From Candidatus Aenigmatarchaeota archaeon (GTDB lineage Archaea; EX4484-52), in NCBI GenBank assembly GCA_023137195.1, contig JAGLPV010000044.1, positions 1 through 63,412 of the forward strand: a stretch of 63,412 nt of DNA, read 5' to 3'. The notes below the pieces were generated by a model. It did not search any database, was not told the DNA's origin, and saw only the letters and a program-made list of their open reading frames with translations. The number at the start of each line of letters is the position of its first letter. Within the stretch, counting starts at the first letter, position 1. This document shows positions 28,872-39,710 of this stretch, in pieces. Both the position numbers and the translations under genes were made by a program.

Positions 28872-30692
28872 TTATTTCTTTCCAAAGGGTTTGTATTTTT
28901 CTCCCCCTCCTTCATAGAATTTAGTAAAAAATTCTACGTAATGCAGTCTTAATGTATGTATGAATGGACTGAGTATGCCCAGAGCGATGTTGAATCCATG
29001 ACCTGTTAATAATAATAAGATGCCTGCCACTATGCCCATTGTGCCGGCGGACATTAGAGTAAGTGCCTGCTCATTTACCAGGATTGCAAGGTATGCTGAT
29101 GCAAGACCAACTGCCATAATACGCATGTAGGATAATATATTTCCTAATAGTCCGGGCAGTTCTATGAGACCATTTATGCTTTCTGCTTTGTAGATTAAAG
29201 CAATGCTTAGGAATGCTAAAAATCCACCTATGTATTTTTGGTTTAAAAAAATCAAAGCTAGTCCTACCTGGAGACTCATCCATGCAAGGGCACCCACCAT
29301 GTGCGTATAGTTTTTGTGTTTGTAGTGCTTTATTGCAGATAAGACATATCCTATATTTACATGAAGAATTCCTACGCCGATGCACATAAGCATCAATGTG
29401 TTTATTTCATGAATCCTGTGAAAGTAAGGGGTTAGTTTAATGATTCCGAAAATGCTTTCTGTCCCGAAAAACTCAGCGAAAATGAAACCGAATATTGCTG
29501 ATGAAAGTCCGCATGAGGACAATATTTTGGAAATATCTTCTGCTCCTTCCATCTTTTTTTTTATAATATATGCTATTGCCATTATTACAAGTCCATATCC
29601 TATATCTCCAAGCATTAGTCCGAATAAAATAGGAAATGTAAATGCCATTATTGCTGTTGGGTCTATGGAGTTTGCTTTTGGTAATTCATAGAAACCCAGA
29701 AGAAAGTCATAACTTTTGACAGATTGGTCGTGCTTTAAACAGACCGGTGCATCCTGGTCGGCTTTTTTAAATTCAATATAAATGTCTTTTAGTGTGGATA
29801 GTTTTGCTTCAAGTAATTTTATGTCTTTTTCAGGAACCCAGCCGGAAATATAGATTGTGTTTTTTGTCTGCCCGAAATACAGTCCACTTCGTTTTTTGCA
29901 GACCTGTTGATTTAAAAGTGCTCTTAGAGAAAAAATCTTGTTTTTGTTCCTTGCGAAAAAATCAAGTCCTTCCTGTTTTAGTTTTGCTCTTGTTTTTGTT
30001 AGGTTTGATTTTTCATTTGTAAAATATTGGATTATTTTATCGATATTTCCTGTGTTTGCATCACTGAATAATTGGAGAGCAGAAGATAATGTCCTTTCTT
30101 TTGCATGGTATGTTGAAAGCAGGTTTGTGATTTCTGTTTGTGATTTATGAGGGTAAACAATAATGAAATCATTTGATTTTTCTGAAGAGTAAAGGACAGT
30201 ATTTTTCATTGCCTTGACTTTTGATAAAATGGTTTTTGCATCAAGGGAAGAGGCAAAAAGGATATTGAAATTCTTAAAGTCACCGAATACATCGATATTT
30301 GAAACATTAATCTGTTTTAATTCTTCTGCCTGTTTTATTGTGTTGTCCAGGTCAATTGATTTCTCTGTTATCTTTTCAATTTCTTTTATGTTGTCGATTT
30401 GTTTTTCAATCAAAGGAAAATAGGTCTGTGCATTTACCGGAACTGTCTCATAATTTTCTTTTATCTTTGATTTTTCCATTACAAGATTGATAGCAGATGT
30501 GAGTTTTAGATATCGTGCTGTTGAGGTTTCTGCGCTGTCTAATGGAGTTGATAAATCAACAAAATCAATTTCGCGGTTGTATTTTTTAAAATGAAGCATT
30601 TTTAGAGAATAGAGCAAATCTATTATTTTTGCCTTGTTCTTCCTGTTAGTGAATATCTCAACTTTCTTCATTTCTACAGGGTACAAATTCAT
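28872..30692 (-). CDS. atpI: A/V-type ATP synthase subunit I
   Basis: FGLMLGDIGYG, LSYMRIMAVGL, HTLRLHYVEFFTKFY. Confidence 0.95.
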   Translation of the reverse strand: MNLYPVEMKKVEIFTNRKNKAKIIDLLYSLKMLHFKKYNREIDFVDLSTPLDSAETSTARYLKLTSAINLVMEKSKIKENYETVPVNAQTYFPLIEKQIDNIKEIEKITEKSIDLDNTIKQAEELKQINVSNIDVFGDFKNFNILFASSLDAKTILSKVKAMKNTVLYSSEKSNDFIIVYPHKSQTEITNLLSTYHAKERTLSSALQLFSDANTGNIDKIIQYFTNEKSNLTKTRAKLKQEGLDFFARNKNKIFSLRALLNQQVCKKRSGLYFGQTKNTIYISGWVPEKDIKLLEAKLSTLKDIYIEFKKADQDAPVCLKHDQSVKSYDFLLGFYELPKANSIDPTAIMAFTFPILFGLMLGDIGYGLVIMAIAYIIKKKMEGAEDISKILSSCGLSSAIFGFIFAEFFGTESIFGIIKLTPYFHRIHEINTLMLMCIGVGILHVNIGYVLSAIKHYKHKNYTHMVGALAWMSLQVGLALIFLNQKYIGGFLAFLSIALIYKAESINGLIELPGLLGNILSYMRIMAVGLASAYLAILVNEQALTLMSAGTMGIVAGILLLLTGHGFNIALGILSPFIHTLRLHYVEFFTKFYEGGGEKYKPFGKK

Positions 30693-30706
30693 TTTATATT
30701 ACCTTT

Positions 30707-31036
30707 TTATTTTAATTTTAGTAACTCTTCTGTAAAAATGTTTCCTATGGCATCTTTGTTTTTTAGTATCTTAGATTGGTAGGATTCTATTTCCTGTCTT
30801 GATTTTTTCAGAAGTAGTTCGCCTTCTTTTTTTGCTTCGTTTTCTGCTTCGAGAAGCATTTTTTCAGAGTTTGATTGGGCGGTTTTTAATATCTTGTTTT
30901 TTTCAGAGAAAGCTTTCTGTTCAATGTCTGATGTTGTTTTGTTGGCTTTTTTACTTGCCGAGTCGAGTATATCATCTGCTTTTTTTTCTGCTTCTCTTAT
31001 CTTCATTAAAATAGAGTCATTATTTGTTTGTTTCAT
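30707..31036 (-). CDS. atpH: A/V-type ATP synthase subunit H (G)
   Basis: LMKIREAEKKA coiled coil; first gene of the operon. Confidence 0.8.
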   Translation of the reverse strand: MKQTNNDSILMKIREAEKKADDILDSASKKANKTTSDIEQKAFSEKNKILKTAQSNSEKMLLEAENEAKKEGELLLKKSRQEIESYQSKILKNKDAIGNIFTEELLKLK

Positions 31037-31096
31037 TCTAATAATCAATCCTATTAATGCGAAATTAATAAAAAGCTATCGTACAATACAACTTAT

Positions 31097-31327
31097 ATGG
31101 CTTCAGATTCAACAAAAATGATGAAGATGTTTACATCAAAACCGTCAAAGATGCTTAATTTTAAGAATCATAATCTTAAGAAACCAAGAAAATATGGTTT
31201 GGGGAATAGTGTCTGTAGGAGATGTGGATATCAGGGAATGGGAATGATAATGAAATATGATCTTCATTATTGTAGGAGATGCTTTAGGGAAGTTGCTACT
31301 GAACTGGGGTTTAAAAGGTATTCTTGA
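31097..31327 (+). CDS. rps14: 30S ribosomal protein S14 (uS14, Zn-binding)
   Basis: CRRCG...[21 protein letters not shown]. Confidence 0.93.
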   Translation: MASDSTKMMKMFTSKPSKMLNFKNHNLKKPRKYGLGNSVCRRCGYQGMGMIMKYDLHYCRRCFREVATELGFKRYS

Positions 31328-31420
31328 TTTTTTGGTTAACTACAGAACATATAAGAATGTGGTAGTTCTTTGTTTTTTTGTAGTTAGTATATTGGTGTAG
31401 ATTTATATTTAATTTTATTG

Positions 31421-34400
31421 TTACTCCCAGACATGCACTGAAAACACTGCCGGTCCAAACATCCAGGGGGTTTTGCCTATATAGTACTCGTAAGTTTCTA
31501 CGTTACCCATAGTTATGCCGTATTGTTCCAGGAAAAGTCTTAGTCTTTCTTTTGCATCTTCTGTCGCCGCCGTCTGGTTGGAGAATACTTCTCCATAGCC
31601 AACAGAGCCAGGAACCTTGAATGTATATATCATCCTGTTGTCCGGGGATGTGTTGGTGGGCGTTAAGTAATTAATTCCTGTGTTCATTTGGATTGAGAGG
31701 TTTTCCCCCTGGATAACTACGTTGGAAGGAATGTTGACTATATATGGATCTCCAAGTAAGCGGTATTCTGGTCCATAATCGCTTAAATTATATATTTTCT
31801 GCCAGCCTGAGCCGTCTGAGTTGTTTATGTAGACTCTGTCTGTCCAGTAATCTGAAGAATAGGATGTGACTCTTGCATCCAATACAGTTATGCCGGAGGG
31901 AATAGGATAGGTCTTATTTTTCTGGTTTTCTATAATCCCTCCAAATTCTTCCCTATCGACAGTGACTGTCACTTCCTTGTATTTTATTTCTTCTGCAGTT
32001 GGAGTGTGGTTGAAATAGATGTATGAGTCAGGATAGAGTGTGTTGTTTGCGCTTCCTTCAAATTCCATTAGCTGTGTGACATAACTGAGGTTAACCATGC
32101 TTTCGGCGATTTCCAAGTATATTTCTTTTAGTTCATCTGCATTACTACTCTGGTAATATTTTGGACAGTATGTTGAATTTGTTCCTTCCAGCCAGTCAAC
32201 TGCTGTGCAGTCCCAGCATGCAATTTTTCTTAATGTATTTTGACCACCTACATCTGGTCCGAAAGATACAGCGTATACCTTTATGTTGTATTCTCTTGCG
32301 TCACAAGCAGCCTGTATTGCATGATCCTGGGGGTCATATGTTGTATCTCCGTCTTGGTCATGGTCTGAGACAGGATCCATACTACAATGCGTTCCGGCTT
32401 CTCCATCAGACATAACAAGCATAGCCCTTTCTATTCTATCTGTTTCCACTTCTATTTTAGTTAATTCTATTTGAAGATCGAATTTCGCACTGTCAGAATC
32501 ATTGTTGTTTAGTTTTACAGACACAATATTTTTTCCTTCAACCAGATACGACAAGGGGATTTTAATATTTCCTTTTATTTTTACATCATCAATATAAAAT
32601 CGCTCTCCATCATCTCCGGATCTACATCCGAACCTGACAAGAAAATTGCTGATTTTGTTGTATCCGGATAAATCTATTTGTGCATGACGATATGTGTGAT
32701 CGTCATCATTGGTATCATAATATGCAACATCATGCCAACTGCCATCCCATACTCTTACATTAGCATATTCCCAGGATTCGAAATTGCTTGGACCAAGCCT
32801 CCACCAGTAAGATAATTCCGGATCGTCATATTGCGTTAAATCTACTGTAGTTTCCGCATACCCGTAAGAGTCCATGTCCCGGAACACAAGAACATCTGTT
32901 CCGTTGTAGGCAGGATAGTATCCTTGATTTGCCATTATATATACTTCCTGCCAGGTATCATCAATGAACCAGTAACCTGGTGCTGTATTGATGTCATTTC
33001 CGTCAATTTTGATTGCTCCTGTTCCATAGTAAGTTTCAAAGCCATCATAAAATGTGTTATTTTTCGGTCGGTTCCAATAAGTTGCCTTATGTTCTGCGGT
33101 CTCCTTATCAATTAGATAATTATTTATATAAATCTCTGCATTATCGTCAGAAAGAACATAAAGCAATGTTTCCTGAATATCTGATAAGTTATTAATTGTG
33201 AAATGCTTTCTGAAGTAATAGTTTCCATTACTTGATTCATGTTTAAATTCCACTAAATCAAATTGAGTGGATGTAGTTTGGTTGTGTTCGCCAATTAGTT
33301 TGATTTTAACCTTATTGTTGCCGGACAAATAATTATCCTCATTATCTGTTATATTACAATAATAATAAGACCACACTCCGGGATTTATTGTTTTATTTTC
33401 ACATAAGCCATATTCCCATTTGCTGTTTGCATAATCAAAAACAGATATGTCATAATAGGATGTTGTGTTTGTTTTTACTTTTATTTTTACGGATATGTTG
33501 TTTGGATTGTAGATTGGATCAGATGTAAACTCAATTTTTGTCATATGTTCGTCCCGGGTTCCAGTTATTGCAATATCATCAACATAAAATCTCTCATCAT
33601 CCCAACTCGATTTGCATCCGAACCGGACAATAAAATTACTGATTTTGTTGTATCCGGATAAATCTATTTGTGCATGACGATAGGTGTGGTCATCATCATC
33701 ATAATTGTAATATGCAACATCATGCCAACTGCCATCCCACACTCTTACATTAGCGTATTCTCCATAATCAAAACCATTTGGACCAAGCCTCCACCAGTAA
33801 GATAATTCCGGATTGTCATATTGCGTTAAATCTACTGTAGTTTCCGCATACCCGTAAGAGTCCATGTCCCGGAACACAAGAACATCTGTTCCGTTGTAGG
33901 CAGGATAGTATCCTTGATTTGCCATTATATATACTTCCTGCCAGGTATCATCAATGAACCAGTAACCTGGTGCTCTATTGATGTCATTCCCGTCAATTTT
34001 GATTGCTCCTGTTCCATAGTAAGTCTCAAAGCCATCATGAAAGGGACTAATGGGAGGCATACTTTTAATATCTAAGGATATACCATTTTCTGTATATGTG
34101 TTCTCTTTTGTTCCGCTGGTATTTGTACCAGTTATTATTGTGTAATTAAATATATGATTCTTGATATATGACGTGTCGTAATTATTGCCTATGTCTGTGT
34201 TTATATTGGGTGCATATGCGACATTTTCAAATCCTAATATTGCGTTGCCTGAACTCCATGTTGTGTCGTTGTAATTTAGTTCTTTCCAGTTTCTTCCATT
34301 GCCGTCGTTAGGGGGGTCGGTTAAAGGGCAATCTTTATTGTACGACCAGTTGCTTTTGTTTTCAATCAATAATGTCTTTATTTCGGTTATATTTGGTGGT

Positions 34401-35968
34401 GCCATATGTGCGGTTAATAATTCATTTGCTTTGTTTATTCCACAACAAATACATGTTAACGACGAATCATCGTATGTGTTTATTTGATTTGTAAGACTTG
34501 TTTTATCTGTAGAAAGATCGTGTGTTTGGCTTACTGACGTACTAAAAGAAACTAACCCAATTTGGTTGCTTGTTGCATTTAACATAGCATTAACAAAATC
34601 TTTATCTACACACTTTGCTATACTGAGTCTTCGTGTATCAGATAGATTAAGATTGGGATCATTACATGATCTATCTGTTCCATCTACTGTATTGTCATAT
34701 CCAATTCTCCAGTCCATACTTCCACTAACATCAGTAATCAATACAGCATCTGTAGCACCATACCCTCCTTCCTGATTAAAACTCCCTTCAATATATCCAA
34801 ACCGTATGGGAATTGTATTAGAACTTAACATATTATAATCCAGTCCTGAAGAAGACAGTAAGGTACTTAGATTTCCTTTATCAATAGAAATACTCTGTTC
34901 TCCCGTACCATTGCTTTGGAAAACAGTTGCATTTGCAATCTTCAAATAGATACTGGTGTTGGATATGTTGTTGTAATAATGCAAAAATGCTGTCATGTTG
35001 TTGAGTTGCCCCGGAACAAAAAAAGAAGAATAAATATTGAATACTCCATCTATGCCGGGAAAATTATATTTATTCTTTGGTGGAGCCGTGTTTAGTTGTG
35101 TTGTATTATAGGATACTTTAATGAATCCTCCCCCTATATAACTTCTTGTCAGATTGTTAGATAAAAAGACAATATGGATGTTGTTTTCATCGGGTTGAAT
35201 ATATGAGAGATATGTCGGATTTGTAATATTGGCTTTTAGATTTGCGCGAAGACTTGTCTGGCTTGCATTTCTAGAATAGTTGCCTGAATAATTGTTGTTT
35301 ATATATATTGTGAAATTGTCTCCTGTATTCATTTCCAGATTTATTTTCTTTACTGTGTCTACATCTAATGGCATAGTAAATGTCTTTGTAATATTTCCCT
35401 GACCAATGAACCCTCCAAAATACAGATATTTTGATGTTTCTTTGCTGATTTCCATGATTGTTGACCTTGCAGTATATCCCTTGAACGGGACATTTTCCTT
35501 GTATCCGGAGATTATCCTGGAGGCAGAGGTTATTGTTCTTGCATTGTGGTAGCCTGTGCTTGAATTATAGAGTATCGTGCCTCCTGCATCATCAATGTCT
35601 TTTACTTTAATGGTATATTTTCTGTCTGGCGGAAGAAGAGGCGAAAAAGTTTCTTTGGTTATATTTTCAATATACTCTGTCTGGTTGACAGACCATAGCA
35701 GTCCGCAAATATCAACCAACGTCTTGTTTTTGTCTTCATCTTCCAGGTGGGTTTCGTTTATCAGTGCGTCGACGAATGTATCGTTGAGGTCGCTTAATTT
35801 TGTAAGGGACAATATCTGCATTGCATCTTCTGCGTTGAAGTACATGTCTTTATAGTGGATTGTGTCATAGGAATCAAGAGTGGGCAGTTGGAAAAGAACG
35901 ACAGATCCCAGTAAAAGAAAGACGAGCGCAAGGGTTGAGTCCATTGTAAAGAAAAAACCTTTTTTCAT
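31421..35968 (-). CDS. Large secreted VWA-domain protein with class III (prepilin-like) signal; putative adhesin
   Basis: MKKG/FFFTMDS plus hydrophobic helix; MIDAS DVSGS, TCICCG, VMSDG; internal duplication. Confidence 0.8.
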   Translation of the reverse strand: MKKGFFFTMDSTLALVFLLLGSVVLFQLPTLDSYDTIHYKDMYFNAEDAMQILSLTKLSDLNDTFVDALINETHLEDEDKNKTLVDICGLLWSVNQTEYIENITKETFSPLLPPDRKYTIKVKDIDDAGGTILYNSSTGYHNARTITSASRIISGYKENVPFKGYTARSTIMEISKETSKYLYFGGFIGQGNITKTFTMPLDVDTVKKINLEMNTGDNFTIYINNNYSGNYSRNASQTSLRANLKANITNPTYLSYIQPDENNIHIVFLSNNLTRSYIGGGFIKVSYNTTQLNTAPPKNKYNFPGIDGVFNIYSSFFVPGQLNNMTAFLHYYNNISNTSIYLKIANATVFQSNGTGEQSISIDKGNLSTLLSSSGLDYNMLSSNTIPIRFGYIEGSFNQEGGYGATDAVLITDVSGSMDWRIGYDNTVDGTDRSCNDPNLNLSDTRRLSIAKCVDKDFVNAMLNATSNQIGLVSFSTSVSQTHDLSTDKTSLTNQINTYDDSSLTCICCGINKANELLTAHMAPPNITEIKTLLIENKSNWSYNKDCPLTDPPNDGNGRNWKELNYNDTTWSSGNAILGFENVAYAPNINTDIGNNYDTSYIKNHIFNYTIITGTNTSGTKENTYTENGISLDIKSMPPISPFHDGFETYYGTGAIKIDGNDINRAPGYWFIDDTWQEVYIMANQGYYPAYNGTDVLVFRDMDSYGYAETTVDLTQYDNPELSYWWRLGPNGFDYGEYANVRVWDGSWHDVAYYNYDDDDHTYRHAQIDLSGYNKISNFIVRFGCKSSWDDERFYVDDIAITGTRDEHMTKIEFTSDPIYNPNNISVKIKVKTNTTSYYDISVFDYANSKWEYGLCENKTINPGVWSYYYCNITDNEDNYLSGNNKVKIKLIGEHNQTTSTQFDLVEFKHESSNGNYYFRKHFTINNLSDIQETLLYVLSDDNAEIYINNYLIDKETAEHKATYWNRPKNNTFYDGFETYYGTGAIKIDGNDINTAPGYWFIDDTWQEVYIMANQGYYPAYNGTDVLVFRDMDSYGYAETTVDLTQYDDPELSYWWRLGPSNFESWEYANVRVWDGSWHDVAYYDTNDDDHTYRHAQIDLSGYNKISNFLVRFGCRSGDDGERFYIDDVKIKGNIKIPLSYLVEGKNIVSVKLNNNDSDSAKFDLQIELTKIEVETDRIERAMLVMSDGEAGTHCSMDPVSDHDQDGDTTYDPQDHAIQAACDAREYNIKVYAVSFGPDVGGQNTLRKIACWDCTAVDWLEGTNSTYCPKYYQSSNADELKEIYLEIAESMVNLSYVTQLMEFEGSANNTLYPDSYIYFNHTPTAEEIKYKEVTVTVDREEFGGIIENQKNKTYPIPSGITVLDARVTSYSSDYWTDRVYINNSDGSGWQKIYNLSDYGPEYRLLGDPYIVNIPSNVVIQGENLSIQMNTGINYLTPTNTSPDNRMIYTFKVPGSVGYGEVFSNQTAATEDAKERLRLFLEQYGITMGNVETYEYYIGKTPWMFGPAVFSVHVWE
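32585..34041. repeat. Intragenic direct repeat of about 470 bp
   Basis: About 32585-33052 vs 33576-34041, near-identical DNA encoding DGFETYYGTGAIKIDGNDIN...ERFYxDD. Confidence 0.9.
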
Positions 35969-36003
35969 ATAATTAATTAGGATACAAAAATATATAAATG
36001 AGT

Positions 36004-39000
36004 TTATTCCCAGACATGCACTGAAAACACTGCTGGTCCAAACATCCAGGGGGTTTTGCCTATATAGTATTCGTAGGTTTCTACGTCACCCAGGGTTATG
36101 CCGTATTGTTCCAGGAAAATTCTTAGTCTTTCTTTTGCATCTTCTGTCGCTGTTGTCTGGTTGGAGAATACTTCTCCATAACCAACAGAGCCGGGAACCT
36201 TGAATGTATATATCATCCTATTGTCCGGGGAGGCTCCTGTAGAGTTTATAGGATTGAACCCAGTATTCATCCTGATAGAAAAGTTATTTCCTGGGATAAC
36301 AAGGTTGGATGGGATGTGGACTATATATGGGTCGCCCAGTAGAGGGTATTGTAATCCATAGTCGCTTAGGTTATATGCTTTCTGCCAACCTGAGCCATCT
36401 GAATTGTTTATGTAAATACTATCTGTCCAGTAGTCGGACGAATACGAGGTGACTCTTGCATCCAGTACAGTTATGCCAGAGGGGATAGAATATGTCTTGT
36501 TTTTTGGGTCTTCTATAGACCCCCTGAATTCTTCCCTGTCGATAGTCACTGTTACTTCCTTATACTTAATTTCCTCTGTGGTTGGAGTGTAGTTGAAATA
36601 TATGTATGAATCCGGGTAAATTATTACATGGGTGTATGTTCCTGTGATATTCAATTTCTGGGTATTGTAACTTATCATTGTATTTGCGATGTCCTGATAT
36701 ATCTGCTTTAGTTCATCTGCATCATTGCTTGAACGGTATATGCCGTGTCCACAGTCTGCAATACCCCGGAGAGTTAACTCATCTACTGTACTTCCAAAAC
36801 CAACAGCATGGGATATTATCCCGTAATTTTCATAAGCATAGCATGCAAAGTCTATTGCCTGCTGTTTTGCCTGGGTATCAGGACAATTCCAGATAGGAGG
36901 ATAACAATAATTTGCCCCTCCATCACTCATGACAAGCATTGCCTTATTTCTTGAGTCATCGAAAGAGTCAAGTTTCATGTCGAATCTTGTGGAGCCAATG
37001 CTGTTGTATAATACAGTGGCCAAAATATTCGTGCCTTCTTTAAAATAAGACCTGTCGATTAGTTCAATGCGATTCCAGTATTCTGCATCATGATTTGGTC
37101 CGGGATCTGAGTCAATTAGTTGCCCGTTTAGATATATATCAGTCATATCATCTGATGTGACTTTAAGGAATCCTCTTCCTACTTTGTTCATGTCATCTAT
37201 CGTGAAATTTTTCCTGAAGTAATAATTATCTGTTCCGTTTCTTATTTCTACGAGGATATCATCGAACCTGAAATAGCCCCATTCATCTACTCTATTTGCC
37301 TGTAATTTCCCGCCAATATCAAGGTAATATACTCCTTGTCCTTCAATCCAGGGAGTTATATCCTGCGTTGTAGATGTTGGAGGAATATCAATATCCGGGT
37401 TAATTCTATAATTTATTTCAGGAGATGTATCTCCCCCGGCACTTGATTGTTCTGTTCCGAGCCAGTGGACGCCGGTAGTAGGGCTTGTCCATTGAGCTTT
37501 TATCCAGACTTCATCACTGTCTTCAAAACGGGCATTGCCGTCCCATTCGTATTTGAATGATAATCTTGCTGTACCATTAGCAGATAATATAGCATGCATG
37601 TCCGGCGTTATGTTTATCTGAATGCCATATGCTCCAGAGCAATCATTATTAGTGCATCTGTTTCGTGCAGGAGCACCAGTTCTCGTGTCAAATTCCAGCA
37701 TTTCATTTGCAACCAGGTTGTAGTCTATATTGTCGTCATAACCATAAGGTCCGACGTTGTTCTGTGGGTCATAATCCCAGCCGTCATCCCCCATATTCCA
37801 TCCGAATGTGTTTGCTGTCGAGTTGTATCCTGTCTCAAAACTTACAGGAATTGTGCTTTGGTTATCGTCCCAGAGGTTAGCATAAGTTGTATTTCCGTTG
37901 CTGCCCCCTGTTGCAATCTCTGTTGTTACCGGTATTGAACCGGTGCCGTTTCCAAAAACAGCATTTCCTGTTGACCAGTTTGTCTGGAGGGTGTAGTTGT
38001 AGTCATACCATCTGTTCCCGTAGCTGTCGTCCGGCGGTTCTGTAGTAAGGAAACTGTCATTGTAATACCATGTGCTTCCATTGTTCATAATCGTCGTTAC
38101 ATTAATTGTGGTAAGAAGCATGGCTGTTGAGTCTGCTATGCCGCAGGATATGCATGTCGCTCCCAAGACATGGTCATAACCAGTGATTTTTGTCTGCAAT
38201 GTTGCATTGTTTTGAGTAAGGTATATTGTTCGGCCATGGTCTGTTTGTGTGCCGTATGCTATGAGTCCTACTTTTTGACCTTCATTATTTAAAATCGTAT
38301 TTACGAATTCTTTATCTGCTATCTTGGCAACTGCCATACGCTCCTGGTTTCCCGGCTGGACATCGGAAGTACTCATGCTCCCGGATAAATCTGTAATCAA
38401 AACAACATCACTGCCGTCACTTAGTCCTGTCAGATTCTTTATGCCCATCCGGATTGGAATTGTTCTGGAACTCAACGAGTTATAGTTTAGTCCCGAAGAA
38501 GATAAATTTGCACTTATCTGTCCTTCAGATACATAAATAGTTTGTTCTCCTACGCTCTTGTTGGTGAAGATAGTTGCATTTGCAATTTTTAAATATACTG
38601 TGCCGTTTGTGTTGTTTGTGTCATAATGCAAAAATACTGTCATGTTGTTGAGTTGCCCCGGGACGAAAAAGGAGGAATATATGTTGAACATGCCGTCTAT
38701 ACCAGGAAAATAATATTTTTTCTGCGATTCTGCTGTATTGAGCTGGGTTGTGTTGTATGATATTTTTATGAATCCTCCGCCGATATATTTTTGGCTTAAT
38801 TCATCTGACAAAAAGACAATACTTATGTTGTTTTCATTGGGTTGAATATATGAGAGATATGTTGGATTTGTAATATTGTATTTTAGATTTGCGCGAAGAC
38901 TTGTCTGGCTCGCATTTCTAGAATAGTTGCCCGAATAATTGTTATTTATATATATTGTGAAATTGTCTCCTGCATCCATTTCCAGGTATATTTTTTTTAT

Positions 39001-39630
39001 CGTATCTATATTAGAGGGCATAGTGAATGTTTTTGTAATGTTTCCCTGTCCAATGAACCCGCCGAAATAAAGGTACTTTGACGTTTCTTTGCTGATTTCT
39101 TTGATAGTTGACCTTGCAGTATATCCTTTGAATGGGACATTTTCCTTGTATCCTGAGATTATTCTGGAGGCAGAGGTTATTGTTTTTGCATTGTAGTAGC
39201 CTGTGTTGGAAGCGTATATTGTGTTACTTTTATTGATGTCTTTTATGTTGATTGCATATTTTGTGCCTGTCTGGAGAAGAGGTGAAAAAGTTTCTTCTGT
39301 TATGTTTTCAATGTAGTCTGTCTGGTTGACAGACCATAGCAGTCCGCAAATATCGATCAAAGTCTTGTTTTTGTCTTCATCTTCCAGGTAGGTGTCGTTA
39401 ATTAGTTTGTCCACGAAGGTGTCGTTAAGGTCGCTTAATTTTGTGAGAGATAGTATCTGCATTGCATCTTCTGCGTTGAAGTACATGTCCTTGTAGTGGA
39501 TTGTGTCATAGGAGTCATGCGAGTATAGTTGAAAAAGTACAGTGGCGGCGATCAATAAAAAGGAGAGTGCAATAACAGAATCAAATGTAAAGAAGAAGCC
39601 TTTTCCTCCACAATGAGTATTATTTTTCAT
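36004..39630 (-). CDS. Large secreted VWA-domain protein, paralog of 31421-35968
   Basis: GGKG/FFFTFDS signal; DLSGS, TCISCG, VMSDG; identical C-terminus YYIGKTPWMFGPAVFSVHVWE. Confidence 0.8.
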   Translation of the reverse strand: MKNNTHCGGKGFFFTFDSVIALSFLLIAATVLFQLYSHDSYDTIHYKDMYFNAEDAMQILSLTKLSDLNDTFVDKLINDTYLEDEDKNKTLIDICGLLWSVNQTDYIENITEETFSPLLQTGTKYAINIKDINKSNTIYASNTGYYNAKTITSASRIISGYKENVPFKGYTARSTIKEISKETSKYLYFGGFIGQGNITKTFTMPSNIDTIKKIYLEMDAGDNFTIYINNNYSGNYSRNASQTSLRANLKYNITNPTYLSYIQPNENNISIVFLSDELSQKYIGGGFIKISYNTTQLNTAESQKKYYFPGIDGMFNIYSSFFVPGQLNNMTVFLHYDTNNTNGTVYLKIANATIFTNKSVGEQTIYVSEGQISANLSSSGLNYNSLSSRTIPIRMGIKNLTGLSDGSDVVLITDLSGSMSTSDVQPGNQERMAVAKIADKEFVNTILNNEGQKVGLIAYGTQTDHGRTIYLTQNNATLQTKITGYDHVLGATCISCGIADSTAMLLTTINVTTIMNNGSTWYYNDSFLTTEPPDDSYGNRWYDYNYTLQTNWSTGNAVFGNGTGSIPVTTEIATGGSNGNTTYANLWDDNQSTIPVSFETGYNSTANTFGWNMGDDGWDYDPQNNVGPYGYDDNIDYNLVANEMLEFDTRTGAPARNRCTNNDCSGAYGIQINITPDMHAILSANGTARLSFKYEWDGNARFEDSDEVWIKAQWTSPTTGVHWLGTEQSSAGGDTSPEINYRINPDIDIPPTSTTQDITPWIEGQGVYYLDIGGKLQANRVDEWGYFRFDDILVEIRNGTDNYYFRKNFTIDDMNKVGRGFLKVTSDDMTDIYLNGQLIDSDPGPNHDAEYWNRIELIDRSYFKEGTNILATVLYNSIGSTRFDMKLDSFDDSRNKAMLVMSDGGANYCYPPIWNCPDTQAKQQAIDFACYAYENYGIISHAVGFGSTVDELTLRGIADCGHGIYRSSNDADELKQIYQDIANTMISYNTQKLNITGTYTHVIIYPDSYIYFNYTPTTEEIKYKEVTVTIDREEFRGSIEDPKNKTYSIPSGITVLDARVTSYSSDYWTDSIYINNSDGSGWQKAYNLSDYGLQYPLLGDPYIVHIPSNLVIPGNNFSIRMNTGFNPINSTGASPDNRMIYTFKVPGSVGYGEVFSNQTTATEDAKERLRIFLEQYGITLGDVETYEYYIGKTPWMFGPAVFSVHVWE

Positions 39631-39710
39631 ATAGGTTTAATAGCAGATAAATATATAAATTAAAAATTATCCGGAAGCATAACCTGAAAAGTTCATCTAT
39701 AGGAACAATA

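Noticed and set aside
28835-28915. N-terminal extension of atpK in the 98-aa ORF call
   Set aside because: It overlaps atpI, and the ATG at 28834 has a GGTGA ribosome-binding site and gives a normal-sized c subunit.
31421-39630. Diversity-generating retroelement behind the repeated segments
   Set aside because: No reverse transcriptase in the window, and the differences between copies are not adenine-specific.
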